Below, piece by piece: positions 20,542 to 30,599 of a stretch of 64,000 nucleotides of DNA. The notes below the pieces were generated by a model. That model worked only from the letters and a program-made list of their open reading frames with translations, ran no database searches and was not told where the DNA came from. This DNA comes from Nitrosopumilus sp. (lineage in GTDB: Archaea; Thermoproteota; Nitrososphaeria; Nitrososphaerales; Nitrosopumilaceae). The DNA lies in contig CBDBGZ010000009.1 of assembly GCA_965205425.1 (NCBI GenBank), positions 672,001 through 736,000 of the forward strand, written 5' to 3'. Both the position numbers and the translations under genes were made by a program. Position 1 is the first letter of the stretch; every line of letters starts with the position of its first letter.

Positions 20542-21424
20542 GGCCTTGTAGAAACCATAATAAAATAACAAAATCTAATTTTCTAATCCTGTAAGCATTG
20601 TATGCAATTAACCTGTACAACATCTCATTGTCCTGAGTTGTAACATTTCTTGATGTGACATCTCCTGACATTATCTGTTTGATCACAAAAAAGATTGTTT
20701 CAGATTTGTTTCTCTGATGGTACAATTGTACAGGAAAGTTCCTCTTCATCTCCTTTCTATGAATTCCACTGGTTCTGTAAATTGGAACTGTTCCATATCG
20801 AGTTGGAATTATTGCAGCTGTGTTGATCTGTTCTGCACCAACATGGTTATTCTCATCATCAAAACCCATGTCACCTAACACAATATCAACTGGAACAATA
20901 TTGTTGGTTTTGTACAACAATGGCAGAAAATCAGGATTATCATGTTGCATGTTGTGGTGTGTCATGACACAGCAAACAAGCTGTGTATTCATGTCAGCAC
21001 AAACAACAACTTTTAGGAAATTCCTGCGTAACTGTACTCTTTTTGTATAATAGTATGATGCTGTACTGTAACTGAATCCGCTACCATCAATTCCAGCTAG
21101 AACCAGTCTGACTTTTTTGTACAAAATGAATTCCTGCAACATTTTATGTAACAGATTTCCTTCCAGTCTTGCAGCTGCCTTTTGTAGTGTGGTGTAATGT
21201 GGAATGGTAGACAAACCAAGATATTCCTGAATTCCTACACATTCTTCTAAAAATTCTGTAAATCTTCTATAACTCTTTGATTCGTACTGTCGTATTGCCA
21301 AGAGTATGAGATGTGTCCAAACAGAATAGATATGATTTGATTTTGGATGTAAGAACCTGGGAATTCTGCATCTGGTGATTATATTGAGTAGTGTTTTGCA
21401 CATTTTGACGTATGATGAGACCAT
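20519..21424 (-). CDS. IS5-family DDE transposase
   Basis: PHYTTLQK, IDGSGF, GDMGFD, YHQRNKSETIF; frame runs through the TIR. Confidence 0.88.
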   Translation of the reverse strand: MVSSYVKMCKTLLNIITRCRIPRFLHPKSNHIYSVWTHLILLAIRQYESKSYRRFTEFLEECVGIQEYLGLSTIPHYTTLQKAAARLEGNLLHKMLQEFILYKKVRLVLAGIDGSGFSYSTASYYYTKRVQLRRNFLKVVVCADMNTQLVCCVMTHHNMQHDNPDFLPLLYKTNNIVPVDIVLGDMGFDDENNHVGAEQINTAAIIPTRYGTVPIYRTSGIHRKEMKRNFPVQLYHQRNKSETIFFVIKQIMSGDVTSRNVTTQDNEMLYRLIAYNAYRIRKLDFVILLWFLQGHHNRIFP

Positions 21425-21512
21425 ACTGTAATCTGCAAATACAATCCTAATGGATCTAAATTAGCTAGAATGTATCACAATTGGGTTAAAATCAGATGGT
21501 TTCTACAAGGCC
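20542..21512 (-). mobile_element. IS5-family insertion sequence, 971 bp
   Basis: Perfect 17-bp TIR GGCCTTGTAGAAACCAT; no target duplication visible. Confidence 0.88.
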
Positions 21513-21664
21513 GTTCAAACCCAAAGATTTCAGTGATAATTAGTAGAATTATTGAGAAAAGAAAAAATGCACAAGTTCTAAGTTAATTTAAAGATCTCAG
21601 AATTGACACCCCCAATGTTTTTGGGGTTTCTGCTTGCAATGGATTTTTCATTTTCATCAAAAGA

Positions 21665-22657
21665 TCAAACTTTTAATTTTTGTGTTTTATTTTCAATATC
21701 TTTAGAAATATCACTCATAATTTTTGAAAATTTCTTTAGATCAATAATCAATTTTCCACGTAATGTCACATCTTCACCTTCAATAGCAGCGCCTGTAACA
21801 ATCATTAACTTTCCGGGTAAAATTACTGGATGTCCTACCCTAGCAATCACCATTGAACGCATAGTAGGATATACTTCTTTTATGTGAAATTTTTCATCAG
21901 GTTCAACAGAAATCAAATCCATTAATTGTCGTCGTCGAGTGTCTTTTTCAAAAGATAAGAAACTCTCAGACATTATTCTCAAAAAGCTTACTACATCTTT
22001 TTCACCTTTGCCAATTTTTTCAGCTGCAGAAATGATTCGTTTTCTATTTTTTGATGGAATTTGTTCTACAATTGTTTCAGTACTAACTTCAAGATGGAAA
22101 GGGAATTCAATATCTCTAACAGTAAATTGATCAAATACTTTTTTCCACAGGTTCGCATAATCTAATGCAATCTCAATATCAGTCTCAATTCTTTCTTTTC
22201 CAAAGTGTTTGGAGGTTTTATTTATTCTAGATGAAACTAAGGCGTTTTTTAGATCCTCAGAAACTTTGACTCGGACTTTTATGAATACAGTACCAGATTT
22301 AACATCACGAATTAATTTCCCAAAATCAATTTTTGCTTTGTCCTTTTCGACGGTTATGATTCCCAAATTTACAAGATTTTCATTTTGAGGAATTCCATGC
22401 CCATATATCTCAATTATGTTCTCAAATTCAAGAGGTTTCTTCGTAATGCTTTTGATTTTGTTTAAGATGTCTCCGCTTCGTGAACTTTCATCCCCTAAAG
22501 AGAGCATAAAAGCAAATTCAAATTCTGATGCTCTATGATAAAATGTAGCTCCTTTGTGTATTATTATTTGAGATTTAATCAGATGTTGTATTCCACTATT
22601 TGCAACACTACCCAAAGTATTGAATAATGAACTCAGGAGAATAGGATCAATAGACAA
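21665..22657 (-). CDS. Hypothetical protein, 330 aa (island cargo)
   Basis: Long ORF 3 bp downstream of the 264-aa gene; no recognised motif. Confidence 0.75.
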   Translation of the reverse strand: MSIDPILLSSLFNTLGSVANSGIQHLIKSQIIIHKGATFYHRASEFEFAFMLSLGDESSRSGDILNKIKSITKKPLEFENIIEIYGHGIPQNENLVNLGIITVEKDKAKIDFGKLIRDVKSGTVFIKVRVKVSEDLKNALVSSRINKTSKHFGKERIETDIEIALDYANLWKKVFDQFTVRDIEFPFHLEVSTETIVEQIPSKNRKRIISAAEKIGKGEKDVVSFLRIMSESFLSFEKDTRRRQLMDLISVEPDEKFHIKEVYPTMRSMVIARVGHPVILPGKLMIVTGAAIEGEDVTLRGKLIIDLKKFSKIMSDISKDIENKTQKLKV

Positions 22658-22660
22658 ACT

Positions 22661-23455
22661 CTAAGAAACTTTTGGTTCAAGAAGAATCGTAGATTGCCCC
22701 TTCAAATCAGAAGCAATAGGAACTTCTAGACTTTCTTTTTGTTCAATTTGAATTGGGACATCAATTAATTTTGTTTCATATTTATTTCTCATAGCATCGT
22801 AATATTCAAATCCCATTGAGATCATTCCATAACCTTTTCCTTTTACAATAATTTTTGGAGTAACACTTTGAATAGAATTAACAAAGAGGGGGGTTTCATC
22901 ATCAATATTTTCAACAGTTTGTTTTAATGTGATTTTCATTTCTTTAGCATTAACAACTTCAATAAAGGGTGCAAAATTTAGTATTCTACCCTTCCCTTTA
23001 CTTACTAAATTAAAACTCAATTGAGGGAGCATTGGGTTATCCTTTGTAACAACAATACCACTATTGTTCAAATTTTCTACTGCAATAATTGGTCTTATCA
23101 AATTAGTCTTTAGTGAAATTGTTTCTAATGTTTCATTATTTTTCACAAAGTCGATTTCAAAATTTAATTCGCGCTCTTGTTCTGGAACCAATTCATAAAA
23201 ACAACCAAATCCAATAAAGCCATCAATTAACAACATGTCTTTATCAACTACAGCTTTTCCTATTTTGATACTTTCCTGCGTTAAGACTTTTTCTTCAACG
23301 TTTAGAATTCGGTGTAAATTGATATCAGCTTCTGCTTTGATTAAAATTTGATCAAAATCAAAGTTTTTGTCCCATTTTACCCAAGATAGTATTTCTTCTT
23401 TGGGAAGAGCCCATTCAGAAATGTGTTTTTCAAGAATTTGTAATTTTGGGGCCAT
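22661..23455 (-). CDS. Hypothetical beta-rich protein, 264 aa (island cargo)
   Basis: Long ORF with AGGAG-like RBS; no recognised motif. Confidence 0.75.
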   Translation of the reverse strand: MAPKLQILEKHISEWALPKEEILSWVKWDKNFDFDQILIKAEADINLHRILNVEEKVLTQESIKIGKAVVDKDMLLIDGFIGFGCFYELVPEQERELNFEIDFVKNNETLETISLKTNLIRPIIAVENLNNSGIVVTKDNPMLPQLSFNLVSKGKGRILNFAPFIEVVNAKEMKITLKQTVENIDDETPLFVNSIQSVTPKIIVKGKGYGMISMGFEYYDAMRNKYETKLIDVPIQIEQKESLEVPIASDLKGQSTILLEPKVS

Positions 23456-23503
23456 ATCATATTCTCCTAAGTAGGTCTAAATGAAGATTATCGTGTATTC
23501 TAT

Positions 23504-24555
23504 AAAATTGTTCTTTCCAGAAATTATTTCGTGTCACTTTCATGAGTAATTCCTCCATAGAATGCTTGGGTCTATGAGTATTTCGTTTGTTATCATCTTG
23601 GAGTGATACGCATCAGATGGTGTCTCCATGTTATCCAAGTCTAGTGCGCCATGAACTCTAATGTGATTGTACCAATGCATAAACTGCTCCACTGACTCAA
23701 AGTATTCTATTTTACACTCAAAGATATCCCAGAACTTTTCTAGCTTACCATTTGTTTGTGGATGTCTCACTCTTGTACGAGAGTGCTTTACGTGATGTCT
23801 CATTAGTTGCTGCTCAAAGTCTACTGGCTTGTTATGATCAAGAGTATTGACATTTGATGTGAACTGTTTTCCATTATCAGATAGTACGGATGCTGGTCTA
23901 CCGTGATTCTTTATTGCATCAGATAGTACTGCAGAAGAATTCACAGATGTTGCCTCATCATACACTCCGAAACCCGTGATAAATCGTGAGGCATCATCTT
24001 CAAATGCAATTAGTTGTTTTCCTGCCCAGCGTGAATCATGTATTGTGTGCCAGTCAGTATGCCACAGTGAATTTGAATATTCACGTTCATACCTGATCCA
24101 CTTTCTTCTCATCTTTTTCCGTGGTTGCTCAACTGATAATCCTTCATCTAGCATAATCTTGTGGATGCGATTGTGGTTTATCTTGGTATTGTACAATTTT
24201 GATATGATTTTCTCAAGGTATAGTGCGTTTGTATGAAATTTTTCTTGAACTTGTTTGACTAGCTCTATCTCGTGTACAGTGACTGGCTTTTTTGGACGCC
24301 CTGGTCTTTTGAGTGTGGGAATCTTTTTGGTTTTTTTGTACTGAGAGTAGACTTGTTGTACTCTTCTAGGCGTTATCTTGAGGATTACTGAAATATCTAA
24401 ATTCTTGACTTTTTCATTTTTAGATTGTATAATCCACCTGATCTTATTCTCATCTAACTTTACCATAGGTATGCCACGATACCCACGCATACGATAGTAT
24501 GGGAATGATGCTCTCCTAGTTAAGGGGTGAAATAATTTCCGGAAAAGATAATACA
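23504..24555 (-). mobile_element. IS481-family insertion sequence (ends approximate)
   Basis: Inverted repeat core TTTCC(A/G)GAAATTATTTC at both ends; the right end reads TGT on the minus strand. Confidence 0.75.
23540..24466 (-). CDS. IS481-family (rve) transposase
   Basis: RYERE..NSLWHTD, DDASR, SDNGKQF, PQTNGKLE, YN..R.H. Confidence 0.9.
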   Translation of the reverse strand: MVKLDENKIRWIIQSKNEKVKNLDISVILKITPRRVQQVYSQYKKTKKIPTLKRPGRPKKPVTVHEIELVKQVQEKFHTNALYLEKIISKLYNTKINHNRIHKIMLDEGLSVEQPRKKMRRKWIRYEREYSNSLWHTDWHTIHDSRWAGKQLIAFEDDASRFITGFGVYDEATSVNSSAVLSDAIKNHGRPASVLSDNGKQFTSNVNTLDHNKPVDFEQQLMRHHVKHSRTRVRHPQTNGKLEKFWDIFECKIEYFESVEQFMHWYNHIRVHGALDLDNMETPSDAYHSKMITNEILIDPSILWRNYS

Positions 24556-24596
24556 AGTCATCATGAAAGTATTAAAAAGACTAGATCTCGTAAGAT

Positions 24597-25298
24597 GTGA
24601 TAGTAATGCTTGAGGGAAAGAAGTATTCGTCAATTAATGCGGCACAACTTCTAGGTCGCCCACTTAATGATATTGAATTAAAAGCTGATCCAGGACCACT
24701 TTTCGTAGAAGGTTCTTTAGATATTCCATTACCATGCCCAAAAGTATCAATCATTGGTTCCAGAAAAGCATCTACACAAGGAATTGCAAATGCTCAAAAA
24801 ATTGCAAAAGTGCTCATCGATAATCAAGTAATTATTGTTAGTGGACTTGCTGAAGGAATTGATACTGCAGCACATGTAACAGCATTAAACATGAATGGGA
24901 AAACTATTGCTGTAATTGGTACACCGTTAGACAAAGCATATCCAAAAATAAATTATGAACTTCAACAAGAATTAATGAAAAGTCATCTAGTAGTTTCACA
25001 ATTCCCTACAGGTTATCCAATTACTGGGAAAAATTTTGTAATACGAAATAGTACAATGGCACTTATTTCTGATGCTTCAGTAATTGTAGAAGCTGGAAAA
25101 ACAAGTGGTTCAAAACATCAAGGGTGGGAAACTCTCAGAATGGGAAGACCATTATTCATATGGGAATCTGTTGTGAACGACAAAGAATTAGATTGGCCTA
25201 CAGAAATGATTGAACATGGAGCAGTAGAACTATCTGATCCATCAGATATACTTGAAGTACTACCAACACGTTTTGAAGTAATTGATGTATTTCAATAA
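24597..25298 (+). CDS. DprA/Smf Rossmann-fold protein
   Basis: IIGSRKAS, VSGLAEGIDTAAH, F..RN, VEAG..SG. Confidence 0.9.
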   Translation: MIVMLEGKKYSSINAAQLLGRPLNDIELKADPGPLFVEGSLDIPLPCPKVSIIGSRKASTQGIANAQKIAKVLIDNQVIIVSGLAEGIDTAAHVTALNMNGKTIAVIGTPLDKAYPKINYELQQELMKSHLVVSQFPTGYPITGKNFVIRNSTMALISDASVIVEAGKTSGSKHQGWETLRMGRPLFIWESVVNDKELDWPTEMIEHGAVELSDPSDILEVLPTRFEVIDVFQ

Positions 25299-25953
25299 TG
25301 AAAATTAATAATATTGATTTTGGATCTCTTCTTACATATTCCCTCGTGGAAATACAAAGGAAGAGGCTCGTTCAAGAACATTTAAAGCAAAATTGAAGAG
25401 TGATGGATATTTAGAAAAAGAAAACATTCTGATGACAGAATACATAGCAAAAGGAATTAAGAATAATTTAGAAAAACTTCCTTTTGCTCATTTCTTTAAA
25501 GCAAATTCTATCCTTATTCCAACTCCAAGTAGTTCTCTTACTAAAGCAAATACACTTTGGGTTCCACAACGTTTAGCAACTGCTTTAGTGAATAATGGTC
25601 TAGGAAAGAAAGTCAGTTCATGTCTTGAACGTACAAGTCCTTTACGAAAATCCCATACAAGCTCAAATGTAAACAGACCAAAAGCTCAAGAACATTATGA
25701 TACGATGGCAGTTCAAAAAGAACTTTCTGAACCTGATGAAATTTTACTAATAGATGATTTCATAACCAGAGGATCTACATTCATTGGAGCTGCAAATAGA
25801 CTGAGAGATGCATTCCCAAATGCCAATATTCGAGCATTTGCTGGAATAAAGACAATAAGCAGACCAGAGAATTTTAAGAGAATTTATGATCCATGTATAG
25901 GAAAAATTGAATTTGATGGTGTAGATTCATTCAACGATTGTATTGAAGAATAA
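25298..25953 (+). pseudogene. Phosphoribosyltransferase (ComF-like), 1-nt frameshift near 25341
   Basis: TAATG coupling to dprA; MKINNIDFGSLLTYS/PRGNTKEE is restored by one extra C; PRPP motif LLIDDFITRGST. Confidence 0.75.
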
Positions 25954-25978
25954 AATTTCATATTATTTAGTCATGAAA

Positions 25979-26254
25979 TTAGAGATCTAAATTACAATTC
26001 ATACAATACCATTGCCCATCAGCAGTCTTATCTCTCATCTTTTTTGGATGTTTACAATTTGGAACTAATTCTTTTTTGATTATATCCAAAACTCGGATAT
26101 TGTCTTTATGACAGTCTGAAAGTGTCTTTGCAAGTTTGCCTATACTATCATCTCCAATATTCCAGGATTTTGATGGGTCACTCATGGCAGTATGCATTCT
26201 TGTTTCATAATCAATTAGAAAATCAAGTAATTGTAAGGATTTTTTGACTGTCAT
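25979..26254 (-). CDS. Hypothetical protein with C-terminal CxH...CxxC
   Basis: CKHPKK...WYCMNC. Confidence 0.65.
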   Translation of the reverse strand: MTVKKSLQLLDFLIDYETRMHTAMSDPSKSWNIGDDSIGKLAKTLSDCHKDNIRVLDIIKKELVPNCKHPKKMRDKTADGQWYCMNCNLDL

Positions 26255-26421
26255 ATACTCAATATCAGATTATGATAAAAAATGAAATATTAAAAAAGAA
26301 TTAACTGTAAAATCAGTGTTGTACAGTTACATTTTGAAGCTAAACATGCCTGAAAAAGCGGTTATTATAAAAAAATATTCCAGTCAATTAGGGATATAAG
26401 GAACTTTTTTGGTGAATTAAT

Positions 26422-26574
26422 ATGACAAAATATGATGGTCTGCTAGGACAACCACTTCTTGAAATAGAAGATCCTGATAAAGAAGGCGGCGTAACTTTCA
26501 TTATGAAAGATAATAGATTTTTGTTCATTAAAGTAGTTGATGGAAAAATTGAGACGGTGTCAATTCCAGAATAG
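26422..26574 (+). CDS. 50-aa small protein
   Basis: Manual translation MTKYDGLLGQPLLEIEDPDKEGGVTFIMKDNRFLFIKVVDGKIETVSIPE; GGTGA RBS. Confidence 0.7.
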   Translation: MTKYDGLLGQPLLEIEDPDKEGGVTFIMKDNRFLFIKVVDGKIETVSIPE

Positions 26575-26584
26575 GTGAAAATGA

Positions 26585-26731
26585 ATGATAGATGTTGAAG
26601 AATTCAAAATGAAAGAAATTGTAAAAATTGAAGAGTCTGATTCAAATGACGAATTGACAGTAACTTTTACAGATAGTAAAACTATGAAAATCAAAATAGT
26701 TGATGGTAAACTAGTTTCAGAATCTGTTTAA
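26585..26731 (+). CDS. 48-aa small protein, paralog of the previous gene
   Basis: MIDVEEFKMKEIVKIEESDSNDELTVTFTDSKTMKIKIVDGKLVSESV; AGGTGA RBS. Confidence 0.65.
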   Translation: MIDVEEFKMKEIVKIEESDSNDELTVTFTDSKTMKIKIVDGKLVSESV

Positions 26732-26732
26732 A

Positions 26733-27227
26733 CTAATTTCTAACATGTTTTTCATAAAATCCGATAGCTAATTCTTGTACTTTAGATTGAATTGAACCAG
26801 GTCTTTCATCTCGAATTTTTTTAATTGCATTATCTGCTGAAAATTTTTTGTATTTGATAAAATAACATGCAAGGATTGTTCCAGCTCGTCCCATTCCTGC
26901 TGCACAATGAACCATTACTGCTTGTTCATTTTTAATTTGTTCATGTATGAAATCAACTGCAGAATCTATTCTGTCCATATCAGGAGCTGTCAAATCAGGA
27001 GTTGGTACATGAAGATATCCAATGTGTTCTACCCAATCATCAGGCAATGCTTGTTCAGTCATGGTAACAATTGATTTTACTCCTTGACTCATGAGCCAAT
27101 CAAATTCATCAGAGCTAGTTGGAATTCCCGAGCCTGCTAATTTTTCTTCAATTAGCCATGAAAAGTTAGTCGGTTTTTTAGTGATTTTTCCATGAACCTT
27201 TCTCCAGATATTTCCAGGTTTACTCAT
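26733..27227 (-). CDS. Dual-specificity protein phosphatase
   Basis: VHCAAGMGRAG (CX5R). Confidence 0.92.
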   Translation of the reverse strand: MSKPGNIWRKVHGKITKKPTNFSWLIEEKLAGSGIPTSSDEFDWLMSQGVKSIVTMTEQALPDDWVEHIGYLHVPTPDLTAPDMDRIDSAVDFIHEQIKNEQAVMVHCAAGMGRAGTILACYFIKYKKFSADNAIKKIRDERPGSIQSKVQELAIGFYEKHVRN

Positions 27228-27267
27228 GTTAGAACTAGGATAATTCTATATTTTTAGTATTGCTAAA

Positions 27268-27930
27268 TTAGATTTTTGATGCTACTGCACGAACAGGTGA
27301 TCCTGTTGCATCTTTTAATTTTAAAGGAAGAATTGTAAAAGAAAATTCTTTTGATTGGATTTTGTTCATGTTTGCTAAATTTTCAACTATCAAAATATTA
27401 TTTTTTGATAAAATATGGTGAACATTAAATGATTCATCTTTTCCAAGATCAATGCTAGGTGAATCAATTCCAACTAGATTGATTTTTTTTGATACAAGGT
27501 ATTTTGCAGATGATGTATCTAATCCAGGATTTTCAGTGAAATAATTCTGTTTTTTTAGATTTTTTTGCCATCCTGTATAGAAAAAAATTGATGAATGGTT
27601 TGGGATTTTTCCATTCTTTTTTTCAAATGTTGTAATATCCGTTTTAGTAATAGATGTATTATTTGATTTTTTGAGTTTAATGAGAATACCTTTTCCGATT
27701 AGTCTATCAAGTGGAATCTGATTAATTTTTAGACCATTTTTAACAAAATGGTATGGTGCGTCAAGATGTGTACCAGTATGTGAGCTCAAGAATAATAATT
27801 CAAGGTTATATCCATTTGTTTTGATATCTGACCATCGAATGAATTGTGGTGTGGGAGAACCAGGAAAACTTGGAATAGATTCAGATATTGTAAGTGACAG
27901 ATCTATTGGTTTCACATCAACAGATTGCAT
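27268..27930 (-). CDS. Cyclase / kynurenine formamidase family protein
   Basis: HTGTHLDAPYH, GIDSPSID, GSPVRA. Confidence 0.9.
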   Translation of the reverse strand: MQSVDVKPIDLSLTISESIPSFPGSPTPQFIRWSDIKTNGYNLELLFLSSHTGTHLDAPYHFVKNGLKINQIPLDRLIGKGILIKLKKSNNTSITKTDITTFEKKNGKIPNHSSIFFYTGWQKNLKKQNYFTENPGLDTSSAKYLVSKKINLVGIDSPSIDLGKDESFNVHHILSKNNILIVENLANMNKIQSKEFSFTILPLKLKDATGSPVRAVASKI

Positions 27931-27975
27931 TGGTGATTAATCAGTTTTAAAGAATGAAAGGTTAAATACTGTCTG

Positions 27976-28248
27976 ATGAAAAAACCCCTTGTGCCTATAG
28001 CATATGTTCTATTGAATTCTGATTTAGGATCAGATGAATCAATTATCAATGAAGTAAAGCAAATTCTTGCTGAAGAAGACATCAAATTTGAGGTTCAAGG
28101 TGTATACGGAGTGTACGATATTGTCTTGAAATTATCCTCTAATGATGGCGAAAAATTACGTGCAATAATTACTAACAAAGTTAGAAAAATCAGTAAAGTT
28201 CAATCAACTCTAACCATGATGGTAATTGAAGAACAAGAAAATCTATAG
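27976..28248 (+). CDS. Lrp/AsnC ligand-binding domain protein
   Basis: VYGVYDIV...VRKI..V.STLT. Confidence 0.85.
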   Translation: MKKPLVPIAYVLLNSDLGSDESIINEVKQILAEEDIKFEVQGVYGVYDIVLKLSSNDGEKLRAIITNKVRKISKVQSTLTMMVIEEQENL

Positions 28249-29394
28249 TTTCTTTATTGCCTCAACTACTTCAAGCATCTGAGATTCAGTATTAAAAAAG
28301 TGAGGAGATGCTCGTACAATTTTTTGATCCATAATTTCTCTTACAGCTAAAATGATATTTTGTTTTTCAAGTTTATCTACAATTTTTTGTGAATCAAATC
28401 CTTTGATATTGAATGAAACAATACTAGTTCTAACATTTTGATCATCAGGACCATACAAAATAATATTTGGCATCTTTGCCAACTCTTCTCTAAACATATT
28501 AGAAAGATATCGGTTTTTTTCACGAATATTATTTATTCCAAAATTCAACATATAATCTGCAGATGATGCTAGTCCTACTATTCCCACATAATTTCTAAAA
28601 CCAGTTTGAAATTTATCTGGTAATTCTTTGAATGCAAGTTTTGAATCATCATAAAAAATTGCAGATTCACCACCAATTGTTTTTGGTTCTAATAGTTCAC
28701 TAGATTTCCTATTACAATAGAATAATCCTGTACCCATTGGACCACAAAGCCATTTAGATCCATTAAATGACATAAAATCACACTTTATTTTTGAGACATC
28801 AACATCTCCAATACATCCTATAGTTTGTGCACTATCAATAAAGAATGGGACTTTGTCATCAAGTATTTTTCCTATTTCTTCTACAGGTAAAATTGATCCT
28901 GTATTATACAAAGCATGACTAAGCGCAACTAATTTTGTATTTTCATTTACAAATGATTCTAAATCATCTAATTGAAAGAATCCGTCATTATCAATAGGTA
29001 GATTTTGTATTGAAATTTTTTCTTTTAATTTTAGCCAAGGATAAAAATTAGAGTGATGTTCATGCGTCATTCCACGAATAATTATGTTAGAATTGTTATC
29101 AAAAGTTAATCCATTTGCTACAAAATTAATCCCGTCAGTTGTACTTTGTGTAAGAATTATTTCATCAGGTTGGCAAGAAATTATTTTTGCTATAGTTTTT
29201 CGTATATTTTGTAGTTTTTCAGTAACAAATGGTTCAGATTTTTTTGAATCAGGTCCAATTGAATTGTATGTAATAAGAAATTCTTTCATTGCTTCAATAC
29301 TTTGATTAGGCATTAAAGAAACAGATGCATTGTTTAGATAGATTTTATCTGATGATGGAAAATCATTTGAGATATCTTTTGATACTAAATTCAT
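28243..29394 (-). CDS. Class V PLP aminotransferase (cysteine desulfurase-like)
   Basis: YLNNAS, EHHSN, DSAQ, KWLCGPMGTG, RASPHFFN. Confidence 0.88.
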   Translation of the reverse strand: MNLVSKDISNDFPSSDKIYLNNASVSLMPNQSIEAMKEFLITYNSIGPDSKKSEPFVTEKLQNIRKTIAKIISCQPDEIILTQSTTDGINFVANGLTFDNNSNIIIRGMTHEHHSNFYPWLKLKEKISIQNLPIDNDGFFQLDDLESFVNENTKLVALSHALYNTGSILPVEEIGKILDDKVPFFIDSAQTIGCIGDVDVSKIKCDFMSFNGSKWLCGPMGTGLFYCNRKSSELLEPKTIGGESAIFYDDSKLAFKELPDKFQTGFRNYVGIVGLASSADYMLNFGINNIREKNRYLSNMFREELAKMPNIILYGPDDQNVRTSIVSFNIKGFDSQKIVDKLEKQNIILAVREIMDQKIVRASPHFFNTESQMLEVVEAIKKL

Positions 29395-29420
29395 TATTAT
29401 ATCTGTAAAATCTTAAACTT

Positions 29421-30014
29421 GTGTTGGATAAAAATCCTAAGCAAATCATAGATAGTGATTTAACACAGATTCAAATCAAATTTGAACAAAAGAATCCAAA
29501 TATTGTATTGTGTTTAAAACCATTTGATAAAATGGATTTTCTAAATAGATTAATCAATTCAACTGAGAATCCAATAATTTTCATTGATATGGATTTACTT
29601 TATACAGGATATGTTCAATCTGGAATGATTCAGAAAAAGGAGAATGTGACTATTTTTTGCCCAAATAAAACAAATTGGAAAAAAAATTTATCAGAAATCA
29701 TTTCCAAAATATCAAATGATAGATTTTTGGTAATTATTGATTCATTTAATGGAGCATACAATTTATTTGATGATTTAGAATCTGTGTTATTCATTAATTC
29801 ATGTGTGATGTTACTTGCTTCAATTGGAAATCATGTTAAATCATCAGTTGTAATAACAGGGATGGCTAGAAAAAAGGAAAATGATGGTTGGGTACTATCA
29901 CCAGGAGGAAAACACATCATTAAATCTGAAAAAACTGGTGTATATTTTCTGAAAAAAACTAGAAATGGTTTGGTTGTGGATACTTTGAATGAAATGGATG
30001 GATTTTCAATTTGA
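29421..30014 (+). CDS. Hypothetical protein, degenerate RecA-like fold
   Basis: IFIDMD and VIIDS strands; no Walker A. Confidence 0.55.
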   Translation: MLDKNPKQIIDSDLTQIQIKFEQKNPNIVLCLKPFDKMDFLNRLINSTENPIIFIDMDLLYTGYVQSGMIQKKENVTIFCPNKTNWKKNLSEIISKISNDRFLVIIDSFNGAYNLFDDLESVLFINSCVMLLASIGNHVKSSVVITGMARKKENDGWVLSPGGKHIIKSEKTGVYFLKKTRNGLVVDTLNEMDGFSI

Positions 30015-30056
30015 AATAATAAGATCGGCAATATTTGATTTTTTGCGATCAGAATT

Positions 30057-30090
30057 CAAACGGCGTTATAAAATAGCAAACGGCGTTATA
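30057..30090 (+). promoter_or_regulatory. 14-bp direct repeat CAAACGGCGTTATA x2 upstream of ferredoxin
   Basis: Copies at 30057-30070 and 30077-30090. Confidence 0.5.
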
Positions 30091-30144
30091 CAACGAAATT
30101 TTTAGGCAAATTATATTAATACCAAATCAAGAAATAATTTTGTT

Positions 30145-30444
30145 ATGCCAGTAGGAATTATTCCAGACATCAGCGAACAAATGTGTATCGGATGCGCACT
30201 ATGTGTAGAAATCTGTACCACACTTGGACCAGATGTCCTTAGAGTAAAACCAGTTGAAGGCTGGAAGAGAGGTAAAGCATTTGTCTTCTACCCAGAAAGA
30301 TGTATTTCTGATGGTGCATGCATCGGTGTATGCCCAACAAAAGCAATCTTTTGGATGCGACCAATGGACTTTACTGTTGGACAACCAGTTCCACTCTACA
30401 AAAACTCAGTCTTCGTCAAAGGTTGGACTGAATTAATCGATTAG
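30145..30444 (+). CDS. 4Fe-4S ferredoxin
   Basis: CIGCALCVEIC and CISDGACIGVCP. Confidence 0.92.
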   Translation: MPVGIIPDISEQMCIGCALCVEICTTLGPDVLRVKPVEGWKRGKAFVFYPERCISDGACIGVCPTKAIFWMRPMDFTVGQPVPLYKNSVFVKGWTELID

Positions 30445-30599
30445 ATTAGTTCATCAATTTTTAATTTCTTTTTATTATTTTAAATTTTAACAGTACCAGG
30501 TGCTTCATCATTGCAAGTAATTATCAAATCAAAGAATTACTATAGGCATAATATACTCAAGAAGAGTTGATATTCCTATAAACTAAACATAGAACAAAA

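Larger units (their letters stand above)
20298..26393. mobile_element. Decayed integrative element bounded by direct repeat TCAATTAGGG
   Basis: Repeat at 20298-20307 and 26384-26393; integrase-like fragment just inside the left end; accessory cargo. Confidence 0.65.
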
